64,000 nucleotides of DNA from assembly GCA_002104945.1 (NCBI GenBank), contig MCFH01000044.1:186001-250000 (forward strand). Direction: 5' to 3'. The translations under genes and the position numbers were made by a program. This DNA is from Piromyces finnis finn (Eukaryota; Fungi; Neocallimastigomycota). Below are positions 16,692 to 30,437 of this stretch, in pieces; the stretch's first letter is position 1; the number at the start of each line of letters is the position of its first letter. The notes under the pieces are model-generated. The model ran no database searches. It was given only the letters and a program-made list of their open reading frames with translations, and was not told where the DNA came from.

Positions 16692-17324
16692 CTTTTTAAT
16701 AGAATTTATTATATATATATTTACTTTAGAATTATTAAATTTATATACATATATTTTGTAATATTAATATATATATCCTTATTTTTTTTAACCTTTATTT
16801 ATATTTATAATTCGTTTTTATAATGTTTTAAAAAATAATTTTCCTTTATAAAAATTCTAAGTTCCTTTAAGAAAAATATAAAGGAAGTAAAAAAAAATAT
16901 ATATATATTATATAAAAAATATTGAATAATAAAATATATTCAACAATTATTAATTAAATTTTTTCTAAATTTTTTTAATTGAATATTGAATTAAATAATA
17001 TATTAAATATATTTTTTATCATTAATATAGTTTTTTTTATTTAATTATTTACATAAATAAAAATATTAATGTAAAATAAAAAATGCTTCTTTTAAATTAA
17101 TATTAGTCAAATACTAATAAATACAAATAACTTGAAGACATACATAATAAAATTGTTAAATTTAAATAAATGGAATAATCAATACAATATTTAAAAAAAA
17201 TATTCAAAATTGAAATACAAACTAATTTTTAAAAAATAAAAAGGATATACTTTTTTAAAATAGACCAGTATTTTTACTTTTCACAACAATAATAAAATAT
17301 TAATAAAAATACATACTTATAAAA

Positions 17325-18343
17325 ATGCGTTATAATTTCGCTGTAATATGTGCAAGTAATCAAAATCGTAGTATGGAAGCTCACAATGCGTTGAGGTAAA
17401 AGATAAAATGACTATGATTGATTTGTGTGTTAAAATGTTTAATATTTAACCATTATTAATATTTTTATATAATTTGTATAATTTGATTTGATTTAATTTA
17501 AATAAAATAATAGTAAGGGCGGATTTAATATAAAATCATATGGTACTGGTAGTGCTGTTAGATTACCAGGTCCTTCAATTGATAAACCAAATGTCTATCC
17601 ATTTGGAACGGTATTTATTTATTACAATTACAATTTGAATTTTCCTATTAAAAATTACTTTTTTTATTAAATAATTTTAATTTTAAAATATTATCATCAT
17701 TTCTAGCCGTATGAAGATATTTACCAAGATTTACTTAAAAAAGATGTAAATTTATATACACAAAATGGTTTATTAAAAATGTTAGATAGAAATAAGAAGA
17801 TAAAAAGAGCACCAGAAAGATTCCAAGATTCGACCGGAATATTTGATATTATATTTACTTGTGAAGAAAGGTGTTTTGATGCAGTATGTGAAGGTTAGTT
17901 TAGTTAGTAAAATATATAAGAAAATAGAAATTAAAAATAAAAAATCAATTTTTGTTTTATTTTAAATAATTAATTTATTAGTATTAACTATTTTATTCCA
18001 AAATAATAACAACAATAATAGATTTAATTAACAGAGGATGTGAAAATAATAAACCGGTTCATGTTATTAACATAGAAATTAAAGATAATCATGAAGACGC
18101 TGCCGTAGGTGGTCAATTAATTAAAAAATTAGCAACAATGGTAAATATTTACATTAATTAAATAGAAAAATTAAGAAATATAATGTAATCATCATCTTAT
18201 TTAACATTAAATATTGTTAATATATATGTTAATAGCTTGAAAATATAGAAAGTGAAGATATAGGATGTAGTGTTGAAAATACTTTAGAGGAATTCCAAAG
18301 AGAAACAAATTGTAGTATACTACATTCATTATCTTATTATTAA
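17325..18343 (+). CDS. SSU72: RNA polymerase II CTD phosphatase Ssu72
   Basis: Five exons give [20 protein letters not shown] (CX5R catalytic loop), [70 protein letters not shown] and ..LHSLSYY*. Confidence 0.95.
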
Positions 18344-19044
18344 AAAAAAAGTTATTTATCCTTCTGTATCATTAATCATATGCTATTCATTCATTTATTT
18401 ATTTATTTATCACATTATCATTATTTATTCTATTATATAATTTATAAAATTTAAAAATAAACTTTTTTACACATCTTATTAACATCTATTAATATCTTAT
18501 TGAATATATTTAATGTATGGCTTTTATTTATTATGAATATCTAAAAGAAAAAAGTTATAAATAAAATTTAAAAATTTATTTGCTTTTAATGATTAATTTT
18601 TTAACGTTACACGAATCAAAAATTTATATAGTAAAAATTTAATTATAAAATATTATTTAATTAAAAAAAGATAAATGTTATTTCTTTCTACTTTTATTCA
18701 TAATAAACTATTACAATAGTGTATTGATATAAATAATTAAACAATTAATTTTATGATATAATGAAAATAATAATTAAATACTTTAAATTACAAAACATAG
18801 AATGTAAATGTTCTAGATAAAGTTACTTTTTAAAAAAATTTTTTTTGAAAAAGGCTAACTTCAATTCGGATAATTTTAAGAGATAATTAATATTATTTAA
18901 AGTTATATTTTACTAATTAAAATTTAAAATTTATTTTATCAAAATAATTTTTTAAGTATATCTAGTATTGAAATGTTACCTTTTTTTTATTTTATTTTTT
19001 GATAAATAGAAATATTATATTATTATTATTAATAAATTGAAAAA

Positions 19045-22000
19045 ATGAATTATAATGATTACATTGATAATAATAAAAAAAAAAGTAATAAAAATTTAAA
19101 ATCTATAAATGGAAATTTTAGGAATAGGAGAAGCAGTAATGATATTTCATTACAAAATAGTAATTCTAGTATAAGCAATATAATAAGTAATTCAAATCTT
19201 TTTTCAAATAATGATATTCCAAAATTTCTGCAACAGGAAAATCCGGGAAAGTTACAAATATTTAAAACTAATTCAATTACTGAGCCTGAAATAAATACAA
19301 CTACTTTGAATTATAATGGATATACTTCACATGATATGCGCTTATTATGGACGGCATTCGGAAATATGCCAGATGAAGAAAAAAATACTTTTTTAAAAGG
19401 TTTAGTTTATCGATTTAGTCAAAAACAAATTGATTTAACATGTACTTTATTAAATTTAAAAGTAGAAGATTATATGGTAAATTTTAAAATATAATAACAA
19501 TAGTAGTAATAAATATATTACTATTATTACTTACATTATTTTCATTGATTTATTTTAAAATAAATTTATTCAAGACAAAAACTGTAATTCCTTCCGAATA
19601 TAAAAATAAATCGTTTAAACCAAAAATAAAAAACATTTTTGAAAAAGAAATAACTTATGATCATGATTTTCTTAAAGGAAAATTACCAGCATTACCGTAT
19701 GCTTAATAAAACAATAAATAATCACATACACACATATATATATTTATAATTAACACATTTAATTGTTATATTATTTAGAATTAAATCAAACAATAATAAC
19801 AAAAAGGTACAAAGTATAATGAATAAATCAAATCTCTATACTCAACTATTAAATCAAGATTTTGATTGTGATGAAATAAAGAAACAAAGCTGTAATATGA
19901 ATCAAGAAGAAATAAAAAAATGTTTAGAATTTGTATGCGATCGTTGTAAAAAGACTCAAACTTTTTTGAAAGATATTAATGATATTATGATGGAAAATGA
20001 CTTAAAAAAGGACCTTCTTTTACTTATTAAATCTATCAATAAAATTATCAATGGAAAGTATATTTGTTGTTATAGTATTAACAATGAAGATGGTAATAAT
20101 TTATCGGTTCAAGCCTCAAATTGGTCATTTTCTAAATCAGATACAGAAAACCCATCAGTATCTCTATTATCATTACCAAAAGCAGATAATAATATTCCTA
20201 TAAGTTCGATTTTTGCAGGAAAGGATATCATGAATAAAAATACAATAAATGCATTTAATATATACAATTCGGAATATTACACTCATGAAGTTGCCAATCA
20301 TTATAATATAGATATGAAATGTATTTTATCAACACCAATCTTTTCACCAGATAATTGTAAAGTTATTGGCATTTTAGAGGTGATTAATAAAAAAGATGAT
20401 AATGATATACCATATTTTTCAATAGAAGATGAATATATTTTGAAAACTATGAGCTCTATTTGGAGTATTATTTTAAGACAATGCCTAATTCAAGAAAATT
20501 CAGAAAAGCATCTTGATAATATTAAGAATGTATTTACAGTTACTAGAATATTGAATCATACTATGAATGTTGATGAATTAATAAATATTTCAGCATCGTT
20601 ATTAAAAGAAATAACATATTCTACTGGTGCTCATTTATTTATTCTTGATGAAACAGGACAAAGTATGTTTACTGTTTTAAATGATAAGAGAAAAAGTTTT
20701 TTATCAAATTTAGGAATAGTTGGTACGAAATAAGGATTTCTTAAAATAAATTTGAAACATTTAAAGTAAATAAAATTAATTATATTAATTATATTAATTA
20801 TTAATATTTATTAAAAGGTGATGTTATGCATACTGGAAAAACTATAAAAACTCACAAAGGTAAATTTTATATATTATTTTCATATTTGAATTTCTTAGTA
20901 AAATTTTTTTTAATATATATATATATATACGTTAATATTAAAGTATATGAACATCCATTATATAATGAGGAGGTAGATGATTTATATGAAAATATTAATA
21001 TAAAAACAATGATATGCGTTCCTGTTAAAAATAGTGAAGAAAAAGTTATTGGTGTATTTCAGGTTATAAATAAACTTCCAGAAAAAAAACCATTTACTGC
21101 CAAAGATGAAATTCTAATCTCAAATTATTGTTTACTCAGTAATTAAATAAATAATTAGATATATTATTATATATTTATATATTTATAATATTTATTGAGT
21201 ATATAATTTATATATTATTTTATTTTCGATAAACATTTTATTTTTAAAAAGTTGCATCACTTCTTAAGAAAGTTTATTTATGTAAACTTTTAAAAAGGTC
21301 TATTAAGCAATTAAAGAGAAATAATAATATTTTCAGAAATATTGTGGAAAATTTCCCAAATGTTGTTCTTACATTAAATTCAGATGGATCATTAAAAACC
21401 ATTAATCAAAAGGATATGATGTTTTATGAAAATGAAATTAAATTAATGCAAGAAAAATCATATACTCAGTGGTTAGAATCTTATCCAATGCTAGTAGCAG
21501 ATATTACCAAGATTTCTAGAAGAGGTGGTATTGCATATGCTTATAATTATGACATGAGTGGTGATGATGGTGAACCATTTTTTGTTAATTATACAATATT
21601 ACGTTTTAATAAAGAAGATGATCCTAAATATTATGGAATATTCGATGACAAAATTCAACTTAAAATAAATAAACTATTTGAATCCCCCGATGAAGAAGAA
21701 GATAAAGAGGATCATAAAATGAATATTAAAAATACTATTGGCCGATATATTAATAATATTAATTTTGTACTTAATAATAATGAATATGGGTTAGAAAATA
21801 CTACAATGGTTTGTTTTGAAAATGTATCAAATGAAAAACGTTCTATGGTTGCAATAGAAAGGTATATCAAGTTTTGTTACTTTTAAATATTATAAAATTT
21901 TTAATTAATTTAATATATTTAAATAATATAAACACAAAAGGGTGATGGGTTCGACTAATGTAAAAGAATACATAAAAATTAAAGATAAAACTGCTAGAAA

Positions 22001-23208
22001 AAAAAGCCAAGAAATAACTTTACTTGCTATATATATTAAGAATTGTAAAATAATATTTAAAATAAAAAAATAGAAATATAAAAATAAAAAACTAAATTAA
22101 TATTATTTTATATTTTAAAGTTAATGAAATTATTAATAATATGGAGGACACCGAAAAATTAACTGATGTAACAGAAAAATACTTATCTTATATAACAGAA
22201 AAAGTTTCAAAAAACCATGGGGTATGCATATAGTTTAATTTTAAAATATATTTTTATTAAAATCAAATTTTTATCAATAAGAAACCTTTATTAAATTTTA
22301 ATTTTAATAATGATGTATAAATATTAATTCTATAATTATTGTTTTAAAAGAATATATATAGTATGAATGAATCTAAAGTTATTGTTGCCTTCGGTTTACC
22401 AAATTCAACACAAAATGATATAGAGAATGCATTAAACTCTTCTCATGAAATATTAAATGATCAAAGTATCTTATCTCATGATATTAATGTATATCCAGAA
22501 ATAGAACTTGGATTGGCTATTATATCTGGACCAGCTATATCAATTGTTGCCAACACCAATAATCGAGCTGTAAATACTATTTTTAATTATATATAAGATA
22601 ATAAAATAAATGAATTATAAATATGATTCTAAATAATTCTCAATATATTTATATAATTATTTTATAAATATAGATGTTTAATATTTATGGAAGTATGCAC
22701 TATTTTAATATTTTCATATATGTATATATAAAAATTAAAATATTTTTCTTTTTTTTTAGATATATTAAATGTTTTGGAAAAACAATTAAAATATACAGCA
22801 AAGTTTTTTGTCAATTTATTAGTTACAGAAAACATTAATGATGTTGCTAAAAATATGTATCACACCAGAAAAATATTTTCAATTGTTAATAATAATGAAA
22901 CATATAATTGTATGTAAATATTTTACTTTTGTTAAATTGTTAATATATACTTACTAATAATTTCAATATTTAAATATATAGTATTCTCTGTTGAATCACC
23001 ATTAAGAGAAGAACTTTCACAAGATATATTAACATCCAGTATATGCTATGAACTAGGTTTATCTGACTTTATTGCAAAAAATTGGTTTGGTGCATTAAAT
23101 CATTTCAAAAAATCATTTATATTAGTTAATGATGGACCAAGCAAAGCTATGATGAAACGTTGTGAAGATATATTAGAAAATTCAAAAATAACAATGCCAT
23201 CATCATAA
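19045..23208 (+). CDS. GAF-GAF-PAS-class III nucleotide cyclase-like-TPR protein (CyaB-like), catalytically degenerate
   Basis: Multi-exon reconstruction: GAF-A (ILSTPIF..VIGILEVINKK..FSIEDE), GAF-B (YEHPLYNEEVD..MICVPVKNSEEKVIGVFQVINK..FTAKDE), PAS-like (FRNIVENFPNVVLTLNSDGSLKTIN), cyclase-like (TLLAIYIKNF..KVIVAFG..LGLAIISG..NIYGNILNV) and a TPR-like tail (YELGLSDFIAKNWFGALNHF..DGPSKAMMKRC). Confidence 0.75.
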
Positions 23209-23607
23209 ATTTATATATAAAATACATTACAATATAATTTAATAGTTATCTTATATATTTAGTCAATACTTTTATCATTTTATTAATCACTATCTTAAAG
23301 TATTAATCATTTAATTCACCACTATTACTATTTTTTTTTTTTTTTTTTTTTTTAGCAAAGCATTAATAAAATATAATATATTATACCATTGTATATAAAA
23401 AATATATATTTTATTTATTTTATTTTATTTTTTTTATTTATTTATTTATTTATTTTTTTTTTTCCATAATATTTTTATTTTTAAAGAAATAATTAATGCT
23501 CTATACATTTATTTAATTTTTGAGTATTGATATATGATTCATAAAAATTAATATTAATTTTCAATAGAATAAATTATTATTTTTTTTTTTATATTTTAAT
23601 AAAGATT

Positions 23608-26600
23608 TTATTTTTTTAATGATTGAAGAAATTTTCGTGCAATATCAGCTAAACCATTAACCAATTCATCATTATCTCCTTTAATATTAAGAGAAATGAC
23701 AATATCATTATTTTTTCGAATACTTTGTTTTAAAAGTGCAGCTATAATGTTTCCTTGAACTGATTCTCCTACTAATGTAGCTGCACTATTAACAACTTCA
23801 ACTACATACAGTTTTAAAAGTTCCTCAGATGTATACCTTACAATAGATTGTATTTTTTCTTGTGTTATATTAGAAGGTAATGTAACTTTAACGATTGCAT
23901 TTTGCTTAATTTTATTTGGATCTGAAATAATTTCAACAAAATAATCAGAGGTAATTGGAAAACTTGGTTTTTTCATATAAACTGTTAATGGTAAAGAGAG
24001 TTTAAATGATTCTTGATAGTTTTTAGGATCAACAGACAAATCCTATTGATTTTATTTTATTTATATACATATATTAATATTATATTAATTACCAAAATAT
24101 TATATATACCTTCACTATGATTTTATTTCTTTTTTATTTTTATTTTCATCAATTTCATACTTACTTGATATTGAATAGAAGCTGGTAAAGTTAAATCCAT
24201 AATTAATGAACTACTTAAAAGATTAATTTTCTTTTCGACTGTAACAGCTTGATTTGGTGAAACTATAAGTGGAAAACTGTTATCATCATTCACTATATGA
24301 GCCTTCATTGTTTCAGCAATTTCAAATTTTATTATTTTAATATTATCTTTTTCAATATTATTTTTTATTAGAAATTGAACAAGAATAACATTTGGTTCAT
24401 TTGTATATTCCCATTTATATATCATAGAAATGATTTTTTCATTAAGATGAACATTAGAATATTGATTTATTAATTCATTTGTGGATGGAATTTTTCTTTT
24501 TAATGATTTTTTTTCCTTTTTTATTTCAGTCTTAGTTGATATTGATGATTGTATTAATACAGGATTTATTTCTACTAGATTATTTTGATTATTTGATATA
24601 GTTATTGTTTTTTCTCCTACAACTGGCTTTGGAAGTTCTGTTAATTCTTCTGAGTTTCTTTTACTTTTTTTTGTCTTTTTAATTCCCTTTTTTTTCTTCT
24701 TTGATTTAATTTCAGTTTCATCATTAACTTGTTTTTTGTTTTTTTTGGAGGATAACTTTTTGCTCTTTTTCACTTTTTTGTTTTCTTTTACTAATACACT
24801 TGTTTTCATTTCTTCAAACTTTATTAAGTCAAGATTTTTTAATACCTTTTCTTCCTCATCCTTATCATCATCATCATTGATCTCAACAGCACCTTCTGGT
24901 ATTTCTTCATCTTCCAAAAAAACGAAATTATTATCAGTTTCATTTTCATTTGTTGGATTTATAACAAGCTTCTCGTCTTTTAATATTTTATATTATAATA
25001 TAATGTTTTATAAATAAAAAAATAAGAATAAAAGTACAAATCAAAAGTTATACTTCATAATATTAAATTAATATAATATTTATTTTACCGAAATCATAAG
25101 TAAATTTAACAATAGGAATTTCATCAATATCTGGCTCATAAAATGAATTTTGAGGTTTTTCATCATCTTCATCGTCAAGATAAAATAAATTATCCTTTTT
25201 ACTTTGTTCTCTTTTTTTTCTTGCTTCTCTTAATTCTTGCTTAGTAGGTTCTTTTATTTGTTTAGGATTAATGACTCTTGACATCCAGAAATATCTAGAT
25301 TCATCCGCGAATGATGATTCAATTTCATTTAACATTTCTTGAGCTTCTTCATTAATTACATGATCTAAATCTAGCTCATTTGGAACAGGAACCATCTTTT
25401 GAGCTTTAATAGCTACTGGCTTTAATTCACCATCAAATAAAGAATCAATACTTTTAATAAGATCTTTATCTACATCATTAATAGGATCATATTGTTCATA
25501 AATCTTGTTTAATATTTCAAGAACTAAATTGGCTCTGTCTTGAACTTCAATGCCTGAATTGTTCATAAATAATTGTAATTTTTGCATTATCATTGTAGTG
25601 ATTTGTTTAAAAGCATCAATTGATGATTCATTGAAATCAGATTTAAGTAACCAATAAATGTATATCTTTAATATTGCTATTATATAGTTATTTTGAACTA
25701 TATCTGATAATTCTTTGGCTTCGCTTGAAGTTAAACTGAATAGTAAATCCTCAACATTTTCTATATCAATTGAACTGTAATATAACATTGAAATTAATTA
25801 TAAAATAAACAAAATAAATATTAAATAAATTTATATTAATAATTTATTCATTTCAGGATATAAATCATACTTTCTAAACTCTCCAAGTAAATATGATGCA
25901 ACGTATAGTACATTTGAGTTTCCTGCTTTTATAAATTTCTTTTCAAATATTACTTTATTTTTTAATAATTCAATCTAAAATAATAATTAAATAAAAAAAT
26001 AATTAATATTATTTTATATTTTATTTTTAAAATATTACAACAATTCAAAATTATATACCATTTTTTCCATAATGAATTTTCTTAAAGGAGTATCTTTTAA
26101 ACGAATACAAACATCCATCAATTGATTAGCAACATTATCAACATTGTATATATTCTCAACAAAAGAAATATTGCATAATGTACAAATATACCATTGGAAA
26201 TTAGATATATTAGCATATTTATCTTTGGAACATATGTTTAGAATATTATTAACAATACAACTTCTATATTCTTTATCAGTGAAAATATTAATATTGTTAA
26301 ACCATTCATCTTCATCCTTAATAAGATAGCTCATAAGTTTGTCAACAATTGGTATTAGAGTAGGTTTTGTGACCTTAATTAAGTGTATATACAAAATAAT
26401 AATGATAATAATAATAATAATTAAATTAAATAATATGTAAATTATATTTTATTATATTTTTTAATATATACATTTAAAAACTTTATTTTTGTTTACCATT
26501 GATGGAATAAGATCTAAAGCTTTTCTTCTAATTGTAAGATCAATATCATCTAATCTTTCTAAAACAATGTCTGTAAATGCACCTATTACTTTTGGGAAAA

Positions 26601-28244
26601 TTACCACAAGTTCACTTAATGCTGATAAACCCAAATAACGTACTATTATTTATTATTTTTTAATTATAATATAAATATAATAATAATATATTAATTATAT
26701 ACATATATATACTTTTAGATATTTTTCAATATTTTTTTTTCTTTGACTTTTTTGAACATACAATTTGCATCACGATCAATAATAAATTCTTTTAGTTTTT
26801 CAACACAAAGTGAAATTAAAGCTTGATTAGCTTGTTTAATAAGGCCACTTTTTATCATTGAATTTAAGATTTCATATGCAAATGATGTGGCTGATGTTCC
26901 TTCTAAAAGTAAACCAAATGCTGGTAATATTTTTTTTGCTAGACGTGGTTCTTCAGGTGCTAATAAAGCAAACTATATATATATATATATATATATAATG
27001 TAATATTTAATATGAATTATGAATTATATTATTACTTTTAATATATAAAATTTATACTTTTTATTATTACTAACCAACTTGACAATTTTTATAGACAACC
27101 AATTATTCGAACAATTACTAAGAATATTATAAAGCTGCGGAACTAGAGGTAAATAATTTCTAGGATTATGAGTTGCCAATTCACAAATAACACTAACAGT
27201 AGCAATAACAACGCCTATATTATCAATATATAATTATTGATAATTTAATATCAATTCTTATAATTATATATAATGATTGATAAAAATAATTACTTGTATG
27301 TTCATCTTCTAACTTTTCTTTTAATTTTGGATATGCCATAATCAAAGCTTCTGGGTATTGTAAAAAAACTTTATAGAGTAAAACTACAACTCTTTTACGT
27401 ATATATGGCTGAGAATGATTCATCATTCTTAAAAGATCATCAATTAAATCTCTTGCTAAATCAGGTGTTACAATTTGTGATAATCCATTTAATGCTAAAG
27501 CTGTTTCATACATTTTATTTGAAGTTAAATCCTTTATTTATCAGTATGTATTTATTATAATATTAAACAGTATGGAATGTTAGATACTTATTATTATTAT
27601 TATTATTATTTTATTTCATTTCATTTTTTTTTTTATTTTTAGATTTTCTTTTAAACTTTTTTTTTTTTTATTATATCTACTTTTTTAATTAAGTTTGTAC
27701 AAAGCATTAAAACATCTGTATCTTTATTAAATGATTGTGCTGCTGCAAGATAACCAATTCGTTTATATTGAAACTTTTGGGAAGACATTACCTATTCATT
27801 ATATTTATTATATAAATATATATTAATAATTTATAAAAATAAAAGTTCCAATGAAATGCGAATATATATTATATATTTACTTCAACAACATGAAAACTGG
27901 CCCAACTCATATCATAACCTAACATATTTAACTTTTTTGTTTTTGTTTTTATTTGTTGGTTTAAATATGATAATAACATTAATAGTAATAAAGTGGAATA
28001 TTAATTTTTTTTCTTAAGTCACTCTTTTCTCTTTTTCATTAATTACTAATAATTTAAATAATATATATATATATTAATTTAATCATACATAGGTTAATTT
28101 TTGAAGTGCAACTGCCTTTATATCAATATCATTGCTTTTTATTTCTGTTGTAATTTCTTCTAAACATGAAGCAATATAATCTTCTTCGCCCTTTTTATTC
28201 GCTCTTATTCCCCGAATTAAATCGGCCAATGATTTTTCAAACAT
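23608..28244 (-). CDS. AP3D1: AP-3 adaptor complex subunit delta
   Basis: ATG at 28244: MFEKSLADLIRGIRANK..LGYDMSWASFHVVEVMSSQKFQYKRIGYLAAAQSF..VTPDLARDL..PYIRKRVV..NNWLSIKIVKL. Then an acidic/Lys-rich hinge and a C-terminal appendage. About 11 GT-AG-bounded exons. Confidence 0.95.
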
Positions 28245-29554
28245 CTTTTATTATTATTATTATTTATTATTAATTAATTAAATTTCAAAATTTATATTAT
28301 TAATTTTTTTTTTTTTCTTGTAAATTGTAAATGCATTTTATTATTTAAGAGAGTAATTTAGAATACATCAATAATAATATAAATATAAAAATATAATATT
28401 TAAGTAAGTTTGTTAGTTAGTATCAAAATGAATGAATATATATTTTATATATTTAAAACACTAAATGTTGTTAAATATAATTTTATTTATCATTATTAAC
28501 AATTTAATATTAATTTTTGCTAAAAAAAATATATATATTATATAAACCCTGATTTCTTATTCCTATTTGTCGAACAAAATTAACCATATTAAATCCCTGT
28601 CTTAATTCTATACTTTAGTATTTATTCTTTAATATCATGAATGATTTAAATAAATAACTATATAAAATTAATTATTATAGAAATTAATCCAAAAAGAAAT
28701 ATATATTTAATAATTAATAATAATGTTTTTACTGTTTTTAAATATACTAAAAACTTTTCTTTCTTCCATTGATAATTATTTAATCATTATTTATAATATA
28801 TATTTTTAATTATTTTAAAAATATATTTCTTTAATTCTTCAAATAAATTATTTTTATTTCATTAAAAAAGTTAACTTATTTTATTGAATTATTTAATTGT
28901 TAATCTTGGTTTTTTTTTTTTAAAAAAAAAATAAAAAATAAAGAAATAAAATAAAAGGGGGTTATTTGTTATTTAGATTTCATACTTTTATATTTTATGT
29001 ATACTTACATAATAAAAACATTATTAACACATTTGTTTTAAAATTAAAATTTTAAAGATTTTACTCTTATTTTGTTTTATTATTTTATTAAGTATAAATA
29101 ATAAATAATATATTTTAATTATGATTAAAAATTAGTTTTTCCTATATATACCTATAATTATTTAATAATTAATTAAATTTATCAAAATAAATAAATATAT
29201 AAATAAATATATAATAAAATAAAATATTTGTATCACTTAATTGACATACTTTTATACAGAATAATTATCAATTTCAAATAATTATTTATCTTAAAAATTA
29301 TATTATGACATATGAATATATAATTGTTCATTATTATAATTATAAAATATTTTTAATATATGTATTTTTATTTTAAAGATTTTTATTTTTATTTTATTTT
29401 ATTTTTTTTTTAAAAAAAAAAATAAGTTTATAAATGATTTATATTTAAAAAAATATAGCGCCGATAAGATAAATTAAATTAAATAGTTTATGACAATAAA
29501 TAAATAACTGGAAAATAATTAAAAACAAAAAAATCTATAATTATAAATTTATTT

Positions 29555-30437
29555 TTATTCCTGTTGTTCAAGTGATTTCAAGTACTTTTCACATTTCTTT
29601 TTTAATTGTTTTGCGGTTAATTGATATTTATTTAATTTAAGGTCCCTAAACATAGCCTAAAATTGTATAATTGAATTATTATTTGAGAATAATTAAATAA
29701 ATATTTTAAAGATTTTTATCAATCAATTATTATCTTAAATATAATAATTCAAATACTTACTTGATAATCATCTCCATGTTTTGCAATTAAATCTTTACAT
29801 ATTAATTCTTCATTGGAAGATATATGTCTTTCAGGTTTTGGAATAGCATTTGCTGCAGCAACTTGTGCTTCAAGCACTGTTTAAAAAATCATATTTAAAT
29901 ATTTAATAATATGCACAATTAATTGTAAATTTTGAAATTTTAATAAATTTTTAATATATATTTTTCAAATATAAAATAAACACATATATATTATTATTAT
30001 TATTTACTTTTAACAATTTCAGTTGATTCGCTGTTTTGTTTCTTAATACGTTTTTGACCAATTCTAGCACCGATGTGTAATGAATTATAATCTACATTAT
30101 CAACTAATGTAAGTTCTGGATCAGCTGATTCTAAAGAATCTTTTACTTTTTCAGTCATACGTTTAAGATATTCATCTTTTTTAAATTGTTCTTCTTCATC
30201 AACAGTCATGGCTGCAGTATGATTACTATTAATACCACCAGAAACATCATTTAAATTTCCAATTAAACCTATACGTTCATAATTTTGAATAAGTGTTAGA
30301 TTTTTATCCCAATTGTCTCTAATAAGCTTTGGAGCAGTAGCCAAAGAAGGTTTTCTTTTATTATGACGATTTGCTACTCTTCTTGTAACCTTTGAACTTG
30401 GATTCTTAATCTTCTTTCTAGCTGAAGGTCTAGCCAT
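29555..30437 (-). CDS. NOP16: Nucleolar protein 16
   Basis: Three exons: MARPSARKK..IRDNWDKNLTLIQNYERIGL..LEAQVAAA..LIAKHGDDYQAMFRDLKLNKYQLTAKQLKKKC, matching Nop16 motifs. Confidence 0.9.

Noticed and set aside
21945-21960. GGTTCGAC resembling a tRNA T-loop
   Set aside because: It lies within a coding exon, with no T-stem pairing or cloverleaf.
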